Shown: one piece after another, positions 30,201 to 41,744 of the stretch | Numbering within the stretch: position 1 is the first letter of the stretch | Layout of the letters: every line of letters begins with the position of its first letter | Source: Trichoplax adhaerens | Taxonomy: Eukaryota; Animalia; Placozoa | NCBI RefSeq assembly: GCF_000150275.1 | Contig: NW_002060955.1 | Coordinates: 1,036,287 to 1,100,286, forward strand | Length of the DNA: 64,000 bases | Direction: 5' to 3' | Notes under the pieces: generated by a model | The model's input: only the letters and a program-made list of their open reading frames with translations | Databases searched by the model: none | Told to the model about the DNA's origin: nothing | Translations under genes and position numbers: made by a program

Positions 30201-31366
30201 ACGTCATTGATATCAATCCTGAAATGGTAGGGTTCTTTTGAATCCCTATACTGTATAATAATCATGCTACAACTTGTACAGGATACGAAAGGCGATGGGT
30301 CCGTACTTTCAATCATTCTATCCTAATTCTGTCATGACGTATACTGTTACGGTAGCGTACGGTTCTATTTTGACCCGTATGCGATAATCTTGCTATCACT
30401 TGTACGCGAAACAAAGGACGATAGATTTGTATTTTTAAATTGTTCCATCCTAGTCCTGTCACGACTGCAATATCTATTTTTACGTACAGTATTCATTTTG
30501 AAATGCTATGATTGATGACATCGGGCGTTGATGATTCATCACGTTGACACAGTCTATAGGGACGAAATTGATTTAATGCAAATGATGCAATACCTATTGC
30601 TCAATCGATACTAGTCTAACGTGTAAGCTAGGAGGAAAATCATTAATAGAAAGAATAGAGGTTTTTTATTCAAAATACTCAACGACTCGAGATGACTAGA
30701 ACAAAATGGGGCACCACGAATGAAATGCTAATTAACGGAAAAGGTAGAATAATAACGTAAACGAAAACGTCTAATTTAAGCCTGGTTAAAATTATCCATA
30801 CATGTTATTGGAAATGGCATAATTTAGATTATAATTACTATACTAATGTAACATCATATACATCGTCAACGGATGCAGGTGTATAGATGCCTATTCATAG
30901 AACAAATGAAAAATTCACACTCGCACGATTCCCGAAATTCACGCATCATCCTGAAATATCAGTCAAACTTGCCATTGCTTTGGAAGGATCAGGGACTTAG
31001 TATTATATTACTAATATTACTACACCGCACAATTGTTGTAAATTTATGATTGTACACTGCTTCCATCATATGAAAATCACTGTAAAGATTCACTTCGATT
31101 TCTACCTGAGGTTGACTGCTTCGTTAAGATGATTAGGAACTGAATAGCCAACTAATTTTAATTCAACAAAATGAAATTTCCTTCTAGTGTGAAAACTAGA
31201 AATAACTATTGCCTAGATTTCAGCAGTAACGTTCAACTTTTATGACTTTTGTAAACATTTTCATTGATCATTGATCCTAGATATCCACCCATTAGATTGT
31301 CGACAACTTATCAGTTAATGCTGCATTGGAAATTGAATATCGAAAAGTGGTTAGTTTAGACGAACG

Positions 31367-34300
31367 ATGGGCCATTATAAATCATCTGCTTCTATTGTGG
31401 TATTCATGTGCGTCTTCTTGTATTGTAATACAAGCTTCGCCTTAGTTACTCGCATAAGTAAGTTAAACGACGTTGTGATAAACGTTGGCCAAGTGTTTAA
31501 TTACACAATACCAAACAACACTTTCGATCAACAAGAAACCGCTACCAGATATGAGGTAAGATCGATACTGGTATCAAGTATTCACCAATTGTATAAGCTG
31601 TACAGTTGTAATGTAAATATGCGTGGAAATAATTAATATGAACAATTAGACTAACATTACCTCGTCAAATAATTGTAAAATGTTGTTTAATGGCAAAAGT
31701 TATTGCAAACGATCTGTTTTGAAATGCAGTATTGCCATTGGTACACCATGCCATAACTTATCCTATTTTTTGTCATACTGTACCTAGAAGAGATCAACTT
31801 AAAGTACATATGTAAAAGTAGAGTAGTTAATAGATCGATTATAATTAATTAATTTTTAATTTTCTTTCTTATCAGGTTTCCGATTATAACAGTGGTAGCT
31901 CTACACTACCATCTTGGCTATTATTTGATCAATCTGCAGGCCGATTTACTGGGTTTCCTACTAGTGGCGATGAAGGTAGCTATAGGTATCGTATCGTAGC
32001 TATCAGTATGCAAGGTACAACCAATCAATTAACTGCTGAAACAGAAGTGACTATAATCGTTAGTAATGGTGCATTACCACTACGGAAAATAAGTTATATT
32101 GAACGTGAGAATAATGCGTGTCCTAGAAGTGAAAAGGTTCGCGTTGTCAATATCGTATTACAAATGAATGTACCTGGTTTAACTGGGCAAGCACGAATAT
32201 CTTTAATAGAAAAATTAGCATCGAGATACCAACTTCATCGCAGTAGAGTTTATTTACATCATGGCGACAAGGGGGTGCCGATAATTGGCCAGAGCTATAT
32301 TGAAGCTAGTACATCTGGCTCAAGTAATACACTTAAAGGTACCGTAAGTTGGGTTATAGGTTGTGAAAACGTCATGACTGGATCACAATATGGAATCACC
32401 ATTAGAAAACATATAGCCGATGGTACGTTTAGTCAAACTGTTGGTAATTCCATTGTTGGGTATAATTTCGTACTGGGAGTGCCTGTTGAAGATGCAGTAA
32501 GTGCAACTGCGTCATCCGGCAGTAGCTCATCTACAACGACGATTAGCTATAGCTTACGCGCGACACCATTAGTAACTGTTGGATTGCCTTCTAGCTCTGC
32601 TGTTAAAAGTAGTTATATGCTTACTCCGGTTCCCAGTCAATCTTTACCAAAGGCCAGCAGTATCGTAACAAGTAGTGTTACAATTACAACTTCTGTAAAT
32701 CAACAAATAACAGCCACACCGACGTCTCCAACGACTGATGTATCTATTGCACCAACAACTACAACACAAGAAAAACCAAAAGTTGATAATCCAATTGGTA
32801 CAATCGTACTAAGAGCAGGCTTTATTTACCGATTTTCAATCCCAGTTAATACTTTTTCTGACAAGGAAGATGGGAATACACGACAACTATCTTTAAATTT
32901 ATTTTATGCTAATAATTCTGCTGTATCTCAGTGGTCTTGGTTGCAACTCGATAAAATAAGGCAACAACTGTATGGGCTACCAATGACTAGTAATGTTGGT
33001 AGACATCTATATCAATTAGAAGCTAGTGATTCACGTAACCAAATGGTTAGGGACCCGATCGAAGTTACAGTACAACGAACTGAACCTCCTAAGCTAATTC
33101 TGCAGTTATTATTAGAAGTAACTTACGATCGCTTTGCCACCGATTTAGCCCTAAGGATTGCAGTGATGGAGGATATTAGCCGCATTGTAGGAGATAGGAA
33201 TGTTATGCTACAACTGGATGACTTCCGTTACGATGGCTTTCGTAGCACTAGGGTTCGCTATTCTAATTACACTTTAAATGCAAAAGCGTGTGACGTAAAT
33301 GCTTACTCTTCAATCATCCGTAAAATAGAAAGTATAAAAAGTGTTTCCAGTATTGAAGTCTATAGAGCATTAGGTGTTATTAATTGTGTACCAGAAACTT
33401 CGGCTACGCCAACAGTTATTACTGATCGTCAACCCACTGCAACATCTTTGCCAACAAATAAGCCTCCCGTAGTCATGCAGAGTCTTGGTCAACTTGATGC
33501 GTACGCTGGGCGAATTTTTGAATTTCAAATCCCTGCTGATGTATTTCTCGATGCCGAAGATGGAAATACAAGAAATCTATCGCTAGCGCTATTGACAGAG
33601 AATGCCATTGCTGTTAAATCTTGGATAACTTTAAGAGGCAATCGATTGATTGGCCTTCCCTTAGAAGGAGATGCAGGAATTAAACGCTTCCTCTTACGTG
33701 CCACTGACAGCCGTAATGCGATAGGTTATGATTCATTTAATATTAAAGTTAATCCTCTACCTCAACAATATAACTATATTATGTCGATGTTGTTGGATTT
33801 AAATTACGACGTTTTTATGGCAAATTTAACAAGACGTATTAATCTGGTAACCGAGATTGCAAAGTCTTTTCAGGAAAGTATCGTAAAAAATCTTTGCTTA
33901 CGATCTATCACTAGTGGCTCAGTAAATATTTCTTGGACAAACGTCGCCCTGGATGCATTGCCTTGCAATGCAAGCATTTATGAAAGTCTTTCACGGAATT
34001 TGAGCAGTCTTCGTAGTAATCCAGTCTTTAATACAGGAGCATATCCTGTAACAGGAAATAATATTAAGCCATCTGCTGAATGTTCTGCAGTTGTTACAGT
34101 TACTGTTCCTACTGTACAACCGTCTGTTAATTGGATCGGCACTGTTCTACCTGCAACTTTATCAGCGTGCTTATTTATTATTTTGATATTGATCATATTC
34201 TTTATGTATAGAAATGGTAAACTCTTTGGTAATAAAAGGAATAAGAGTGAAAAAGCTTTGAAAGCATCTGGAGGTAAAGCATTCCTGCGCAAAAATCGTC

Positions 34301-34593
34301 CTGTCATAATGGATGCGGAAGCTGATGATAAACCGAATATCGTATGCAATCCAATAATGGCCACAGCGGAAAAGCCACCGCAGGATCCACCAATATATTC
34401 CATCAACACGCAAGATTTACATTCAGATACAGGGTCTAGTAGCTCTTTGCCGAACACGGGGAAAATAGTACGAGATGATGATGATGCTGACGATATTCCC
34501 GATCGTCATAATAAATCTATGGGAACTAATCTTAATAGTATATTGTTAATGGAAGACTTTAATCCTGATTCTCCAAAACCGCCACAATATTAG
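31367..34593 (+). CDS. DAG1: Dystroglycan precursor, 968 aa, 2 coding exons (31367-31555, 31876-34593)
   Basis: Exon 1 (63 aa, signal peptide) ends GAG|gtaag. Phase-0 acceptor tcag|GTT opens VSDYNSGSSTLPSWLLFDQ...FTGFP in frame with the 861-aa ORF. Architecture: cadherin-like Ig1, S6-like domain (CPRSE...VSWVIGC), S/T/P mucin region, two Ig2 modules (IP..TF.D.EDGNTR.L.L, GLP, L.A.DS), G/S maturation site ITSG-SVNISWTN, TM helix, basic juxtamembrane segment, PPIY and terminal PPQY (PPxY). Confidence 0.93.
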
Positions 34594-36235
34594 CTTTAAA
34601 AATATAATGGCATTATTTGGTATAGCTAGTGAATGTCGTCGATCAATCAATAAGATTGATTGTTGCTATCAAGTTGTTCAATAACGTTATCGTACGACTG
34701 AAGCTTGCACTTATTTGTATCATGCGGTATATATATAGGTTTAAAGTATTCTTATCATATGATTTAGATACTGTATATCGACAATATCAAAGTAAATAGT
34801 ATATAATATGCTTTGGTTACGCTCTAATTGTGTTAGCGTTGATGCCCTAAATAGTAGCAATTACCGTAAGTTATCATTCTTGATGGAATCATTGCATTTA
34901 CTATAATAATTAATAATTAATCATTGTATCTCATGAATTAATACTATCCAATTGTTCTTGCTATTAGTTTCTGCATGGTTAGATGTTACTGTAATGTATA
35001 AAAATGTTATTGTGAACGCAAAGCATAGATATAATCTGTGAATTATTGGAGATATATACTAGTTATTGGTGACACAGGATTGACAAATAGATTATGATGG
35101 AATAGCTAGCAAAATGTAAGAAGTATAACGTTAATGATTAAGTATTGTCAAAGAATGACCGCTTGCAGTGTCAGCTGCTGGACTGAGTTACTTATCGATG
35201 TGTATGTCTTGACTGAATTGCTCTTACAATTAATTCCATCTGTTCTCTTCCTTTATTCACACCTATTACTCGTGAAGTAAATGTATGCGCAATACGATGT
35301 TGCTTACGTACATGCTTTAATGGAGTATTTAAGGAAAGATTTTAGCTGTATCATGTTTGATAAAATTTTGACAAGTTTGGTTGCAGAGTTTTTTATTGTT
35401 GTAAGGGCCATCTACGTGTATATCTGACTAGTACGTTTTTATGTTACCCCTTTTGCAATCTGATAAAAATTATTTCATATATTATACTGCGTAAAGTCCA
35501 TCTGTACTCGTATATGTATTGTGATTGCTTTCTAACAGACATGCTTAAAGTTTCAATCGTATTATTGGAATAGCTTTACTACAGTTTTGTTCTCCATCCA
35601 AAATAATTATCGATTTTATAATAATAATAAAATTTACTTTTACTTATTCTTAGTGTGAACGTGCTTCATTCTGATTGCGTCTAGTCTATAGTGATTACGT
35701 TGCCTATAATTTCAAGGCTCACGGTAGAAAATTGAATGCTAGGTAGTATTCTGTTTGCTACCGCAACAACTACAATGGTACTACATTAGTTACAGATTGT
35801 TATCTCGAATAGTACAGCAGGCTAACAATAATCAAATATTTTGTTGAAATTATTAGCCTTACAACTAAATAGACGTGGCATTTTAGAGTAATTTTTACAT
35901 AGTTGCTTTATCAACAGGAATATCACACAAACCAATACTTCATTGGACTACAGCATTTTTCAATTAATTATATCTACTTGACTATAATAAAATTTATGAT
36001 ACAAGTGAAAAATGCAGTCCAAAATAGGGGAAAAAACAACGCCAAATACACTTAGTTATATCTTTTGTAAAGAATACATCACAAGAAAACATTTTGTAAA
36101 AAATACTTTTTTCTCTGGAATAATAAAGTTAATTATAAGTAAGTTAAAGAAGAAAAAAGATAAAACGGTTTATTTCTGTAAATTATATAATTATGCATTA
36201 TACGTATATACATAGATATAATTATATCTGATGTA

Positions 36236-37783
36236 TTATAGGACATCAAAGAAAATCTCTTTAATTAACGTCCAACTTTTAGCGTCTTGCAAGATATCAA
36301 TTCGAAACGCGGCAATAGCATAGGTGATTTTGTGAGCGATAAATTGAAATTGAATCGACCCATGAACAAAATCTGAAACAGTCTGATAATTTTCGATTTT
36401 ATCTTCTCGGCCAGCTTTGAGTATTGATGCCTTTGCATTTGTTAGTAAATCTGAAGGATGTTGATAGTTACCGGAATCAATAGTAACTGTTTTAAGCTTG
36501 ACAGGTGGATTAAAGTGAAATTTCATGTAATCACCTTTAATCGGTTTGATACCCCAAAAATAGGATAAGCCGTTGTAAGCTTGTTCTAGTGTATGTTTAT
36601 CACTAGCCTTGATGGACGTAGTCATATTAGCTGTTGGATTATTTTGATGAGGAATGAATAAATTCTTTTTTTGAGAGTGGACAAAATTTTTCTCCTTCAA
36701 GCGTTGTATCTTACCAGTCAAGGATGAGTACTTGCCAACATGTTGAAATAAAGCTGGTCGATAATGTTTAACTAAGGCATTTCGTTCACGATGGCAAATT
36801 TGCTTTCTTACATTGAAAGAACAACCAGTCATACAGTATATAGCATGATCAAGTAGCCAATCGCAAGGTTTAAATCTGTAAAATAGGTATAAAAAATTGA
36901 CAAAAAATGGAAGATCAGACGTTTTGAAACATTTCCCAATAAAACCTAATTGGGAAAACCAAATTAGGAACCATTCAGGATTTTGCATGTGGATATAATT
37001 CCTCATTGAAGTGATAAAGTTATCGGCAGCTATAATATCATCTTCCAGTTGAACGTAATACTTGCCTCGACTTGTAGCATACATCATTAGATAGGCAAAA
37101 TCTAAGTTTTGCTTACTACGCCAATTAAATTGAGCACGTTTATCTCCAAGATTAGCAGGAATTTTGTCGAAATCAGGATAATAGCAGGCTGGTGGAGCGA
37201 TAATATCAATTAATCCAGTCTGTATATGAGAATCGAAAGCAGTTGATAATTCAGTAGCAAGCTGTTTTCTGTCCTCATTATTCCTTTCACCAATATAAAT
37301 AACAATTACGGTGTCATCAAGATCACTTGGCGACGTACTACTTATAATCGATTTGATAGTTTGATAGATATAACTTTCTTTTTTACGTTTGACAGTTGGA
37401 ACACCTAGAATGAATGAAGCCTGGCGTCGATGACTACTGGATATGTGGACTACAGGCTCTCTACATTCTCTTTTTGCAATTTGTGGTAAAATATGCAGCA
37501 CCGATGGCAGTTGAAGAAGAGAATGAAAAACCATAAAATCGTCGGTATTTTCCGAAGATCTATTCTTGACGTTTAAGGTTTTATTTTGAAGCATGCCTAT
37601 CGCTAAATTGACTTCTTGATTGGATGGTAACAGACCACCTTGATTGGAGTATAATTTATCATTATCGGAGCTATTTGAACAGTACATCCATTTGAAAAGC
37701 CAACTTCGGTAAAGAAGGAGAGTTAAAATTACAACGATAATAATTGCGTATTTCTTACGTCGAATTAAGTAGTTGAGGACCAT
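36236..37783 (-). CDS. MGAT4: MGAT4-family (GT54) alpha-1,3-mannosyl-glycoprotein 4-beta-N-acetylglucosaminyltransferase, 515 aa, single coding exon
   Basis: Type II N-terminal TM anchor. Motifs GVPTVKR, WRSKQNLDFAYLM, YYVQLEDD, FSQLGFIGK, KPCDWLL and LFQHVGKYSSLTGKIQRLK. C-terminal lectin-like domain (LEQAY...FWG.KP..GD...SGN..HP.D). Confidence 0.93.
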   Translation of the reverse strand: MVLNYLIRRKKYAIIIVVILTLLLYRSWLFKWMYCSNSSDNDKLYSNQGGLLPSNQEVNLAIGMLQNKTLNVKNRSSENTDDFMVFHSLLQLPSVLHILPQIAKRECREPVVHISSSHRRQASFILGVPTVKRKKESYIYQTIKSIISSTSPSDLDDTVIVIYIGERNNEDRKQLATELSTAFDSHIQTGLIDIIAPPACYYPDFDKIPANLGDKRAQFNWRSKQNLDFAYLMMYATSRGKYYVQLEDDIIAADNFITSMRNYIHMQNPEWFLIWFSQLGFIGKCFKTSDLPFFVNFLYLFYRFKPCDWLLDHAIYCMTGCSFNVRKQICHRERNALVKHYRPALFQHVGKYSSLTGKIQRLKEKNFVHSQKKNLFIPHQNNPTANMTTSIKASDKHTLEQAYNGLSYFWGIKPIKGDYMKFHFNPPVKLKTVTIDSGNYQHPSDLLTNAKASILKAGREDKIENYQTVSDFVHGSIQFQFIAHKITYAIAAFRIDILQDAKSWTLIKEIFFDVL

Positions 37784-40117
37784 TTTTACAGCATTCTTCC
37801 AGTCAGTTAACGTCTTTTAATGTCCTTTTTGGATTGGGGTTACAATATCGATAAGATCTAAGATATTAGGTCTGTCAATTGTTACGACTGCAGTATCAAA
37901 GTGTAGTCCACACGTCTCTTTTTATGATTACAGCACTCTCCACCGTACAGAGATGATGTATAATGAAAGGGGGTCGATGTACGCGTCAATATTCGTAATC
38001 TTTCAAACAAATAGAACAATCTTTGAAAGATGGAGGACTCTATTTTAAGGGTATAATTTTCTTCTTCAAAAAATATTGCGTCGGTTAATCAGTGTGTAGT
38101 TGAAGTAATTTTTAAAAGAACGATGATTACTATGGATTATAATGATGATGGATTGAAGAAGGAGTTATTCTATCCTTTCTACAACAAAAATGATCCGCTA
38201 ATGTCTTACTACGGTGTTAATCCTGATTGTTATTGTACAGTACAGTATTTGGATGATAAAAGTTAGCCAACCATGCACCACGATGTCGATAATCCTTTCC
38301 ACTTTGAATACTGTCCTTCTTGATCGTGCTCCTATGAATAGTATTGTTCAAGAGTCATTCTAGTTTCCTCGTTAAAGTAAAGAACATGAAATTGTCTTCC
38401 AACAAGTCCACAGCGCAAGAACCCGAATCAAGGTCGGTATCGATCGATTGAAAGCCTTCACTTTGTAATCGCCATGGGGCAAAATTGGTATAAGAAGGCT
38501 AATTGAATAATTAATTAATGGAAGTACTGTAGGTTGCAGTCCAACTCGTCTACTATCTCTATCGAAATTGCTTATAAAACAGTATCAATTAAGCTGGATC
38601 CGATAATTTCAGTACCGTCAAGAAGCGCAAAGTAAGAAATCAGGCTATGCCAACACTTTTCAGACTAAAAGATCGCTAAGACGAGAATCAGCCAAGCCAA
38701 CGAACTGCTTGATCTTTCCGATCATGAATCACCCACATGTGACCATGAACGACAGTCTACTTTGGACAAAAAGGACTGTAACTTTGTTGACCAATCAATA
38801 CGTAGTCCAAAGCAGCAAGTATCGATATCAATTGATCTACCATGCAATTATGAATTCTGCCCAAGTCTAGGTGTTAATTTGCAATAGTTTGCAAAGAGTT
38901 GTCTTGCACTACAGAGTGGCTCATTTCGTCGATGCGTAGACTGGTACCGCGTTGAGGATAGACTATTAATCGAATCGACCAAGGCACCAGTTGGCAGTCT
39001 GGTACGGACGGACCGCTGGCTATACAGTTTGCTACCCTTATGTTGACTTGGCGTTGGGGATGGTATGAACTAGACCTGACACGGACAGCCGTTCCAACAC
39101 TGGGTACGGCACATTACCAGCAATAGCGAGGAATGGGCCCACGTCTCGGACGTTCGTACATCTGGACCTCCATCTTGTTTAATATACTTTCGTCATTTAG
39201 TTATTTTTTCTAGTAAATAAATAAATGAAATCAATCCCAATCTAATTGATTACTGTATGTTCTGCTTGAAAGTCGACGTAGAACATCGTCCATGTTTTTT
39301 TTAAATGAGCAGTAGTGATTGATGCAAAAACAGACACAGTAGATCTATGCTAAGCACTGTAAATCATTTTCGACCCTAGAGCTCTATCAATGCAAAACCT
39401 CCATGTTACGACATTTTCCTACGTTAATTAATTAATAATGAATTCATTACAGTACTGCCTTACTCTCTACACATACAGTATATACTGTGCTGTATAACAT
39501 ATATGTGTATACTGAGGAGGAATGTCTTGTCTACAGTACTAGGCAACTGTAAAATGAAGAAGAAAATGCTTTCTTTTCTTGATCATGGTGACAGTACAGT
39601 ACTGTTTATATACGAGCATATAAAAAAATGGGATGAGTACGATGGAGCGAGTATTGGGTGAGTTAGTATTATTTTGGATACGCCAAAGGGTTTAGTAGTC
39701 TCCGCCATGGTGCTATCATGTATGGTTGCTGTGCTAAAAACTCCTATATTAGAATTAGAATTATTGTAAAATGAAAATTATTCAAATTCAAATTAGTAAC
39801 CAAAAGGGGATGACTACAGTAATTTCAAATGATTAGCGGAGTGAGCTAGTCTGCGATACAGGGCTACATTAGAATACGTTTTTTCCCTACCCATGAGGTC
39901 TTTAGAACGGAAATAATACTTCTTGGTAAACTCATCTTAGAGAGCAATATGGGACTGGAATGGCAAGGAAAATAATGCAAATGGGGCTAAAACCGTTCAA
40001 TGAGCATTTTATCTGAAATTTAGCCAACGCTTTTCCGCGACATTGCAATCTACCGCATTTCGACTTGACAATAGCTATTTCTGTCCATACAGTCTGTCCA
40101 TTTTCCTCCACCTGATA

Positions 40118-40316
40118 CTAGTACTGTAGAGTACAGTACAGTAGTACAATACAGTACTGTATAGTACTTCTGGATGAATTCTTGACTACAGTACTGTACT
40201 GTACACTGTACCGTATGGCGGTAGCCTCCTACAGTATATGCACAGCACTGTATCTCATACTAGTGTACTGTACATACAGTACTGTACTGTACAGTGTACA
40301 GTACAGTACTGTACAC
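40118..40316. repeat. Inverted ACTGT/ACAGT pentamer array with a perfect palindrome at 40275-40313
   Basis: TACAGTACTGTACTGTACA-g-TGTACAGTACAGTACTGTA (19-bp arms) within dense ACTGT/ACAGT repeats. Confidence 0.92.
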
Positions 40317-40378
40317 TCGGGCTGCTGAGATCGATTGATTGTAACGACTGTAGAAGAGGACCTAAACTGATCACGTTT

Positions 40379-40806
40379 GGACGGACAGACCATTCCCGCC
40401 TCATTTCATTCAAATAGTGTTTCAGAGACTTGGTTATGACGGTACTTTAGCATGTAGACGATAGATTTGAAATGGACTGATTTTGTGGAAATTAAGTAAT
40501 ACTGTATTACTGTAAGTTGAATCTTGATCATCTGTTACTAAATTCTGCTTGAAAGCAGTTTTATGAGATGGTCAATGTTATTTAAATGAGAACTATTGAT
40601 TTAAGAAACAGAGACAAAAGGATAATACGAAGTAGCCATTTTTCGATATTGAACGTCTTATTCGGTCAGAAAAGTCCCTCTGTCTGAGGGAATGATCAGT
40701 CCAGGTCTTCTTCTTGGTTTTAGATGGACAGAACAGTTCAAATGGCTGGAGAAATAGTCAGCCTGCACACATTTTTGGGCAACGAAAGTCGTTGACAGTC
40801 CATCTC
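40379..40806. repeat. Diverged dispersed repeat, homologous to 55249-55603 and partly to 39255-39340
   Basis: Collinear shared blocks: GGACGGACAGAC (40379/55249), TGCTTGAAA (40546/55358/39263), GATATTGA, AGAAAAGTCC.TCTGTCTGAG (40668/55494) and ACAGTCCATCTC (40795/55592). Confidence 0.8.
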
Positions 40807-40958
40807 TCGTTCTTTAAATCAACTACTACAGTACTGCAGTTTACAGTAGCAGTCCCTGCTAGCTCTGTTGACGGTCCGTACTAGTCCATACTGTTATACT
40901 AAAATATGGAAGGTCGCGAAGTATGGCATTACTTTACCACTACCTGCATGATTGGACT

Positions 40959-41744
40959 TCCATGTATGGTCGTTCCAACTAATTTACAACTCACGCCGTA
41001 ACACCGGCCTACTGTACATTGTACTGTATTATAGCGTTACAGTACTGTATACTATACACTGTACAGTACAGTACCACTGTACATTACTGTACTGTATGAA
41101 CAGTGTACAGTACAGTGGTACGAACTGGACATAAGCGGTCCGAGAGTCCTGTTAACGACTGACTGGACCAATAAGGACCATGTCGTAGCCTCGCCTGGAC
41201 AGAGGACAGCCGCTCTGATCCATGTATGGGTCGCTCCAACTACTTTACAACACTGTCCACTCAGTGTCCAGTGGTTAGGGAAGGCTCCACTAATTAAAGT
41301 AGTGCGAACTAGACACAAGCAGTCCGGGAGTCTAGCTGAGGACTGATTGAACCATAAAACCATGTCGTAGTCTCGCCTGGACACTCAGTATCCAGTGGTT
41401 AGGGAAGGCTCCATTAAAGTAGTGCGAACTGGACGCGAGCGGTCCAGGAGTCCAGTTGAGGACTGATTGAACCATGTCGTAGCCTCGCCTGGACAGAGGA
41501 CAGCCGCTCTGGTCTTTGTATGGGTCGTTTCAACTACTGTACTGTACTGTACACTGTACAGTACTGTATTTGACAACTCATGCTGTCACACCGGTCTACT
41601 GTACATTGTACTGTAGAATAGCGTTACAGTACTGTCCACTACAGTGGTACGGACTGGACCAAACGGTCCGCAGAGTCCAGTTGATGACTGATTGAACTAT
41701 GTCGCAGCCTCGCCTGGACAGAGGACAGCCGCTCTGGTCCATGT
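40959..41744. repeat. Complex tandem array: four copies of a ~70-100 bp GC-rich core interleaved with ACTGT tracts
   Basis: Cores start at 41115, 41299, 41419 and 41644. GTCGYAGYCTCGCCTGGACA occurs at 41182, 41364, 41476 and 41701. Two kinds of spacer block are each duplicated. Confidence 0.92.

Noticed and set aside
33978-34457. Antisense ORFs of 159 and 80 aa inside dystroglycan
   Set aside because: Shadow frames of the real CDS with no independent protein features.
40660-40720. Integrase-like peptide RRRPGLIIPSDRGTF on the minus strand
   Set aside because: Resembles the BEL/Pao RRG.P..I.SDNGTNF motif but is short, followed by a stop, and the upstream part is not conserved in the 55-kb copy.
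41115-41744. CRISPR array or hammerhead/HDV ribozyme array
   Set aside because: Spacers are themselves repeated and irregular, there are no cas genes and the context is eukaryotic. CTGATTGA is not CUGANGA, no GAAA follows a stem II, and I could not build an HDV pseudoknot.
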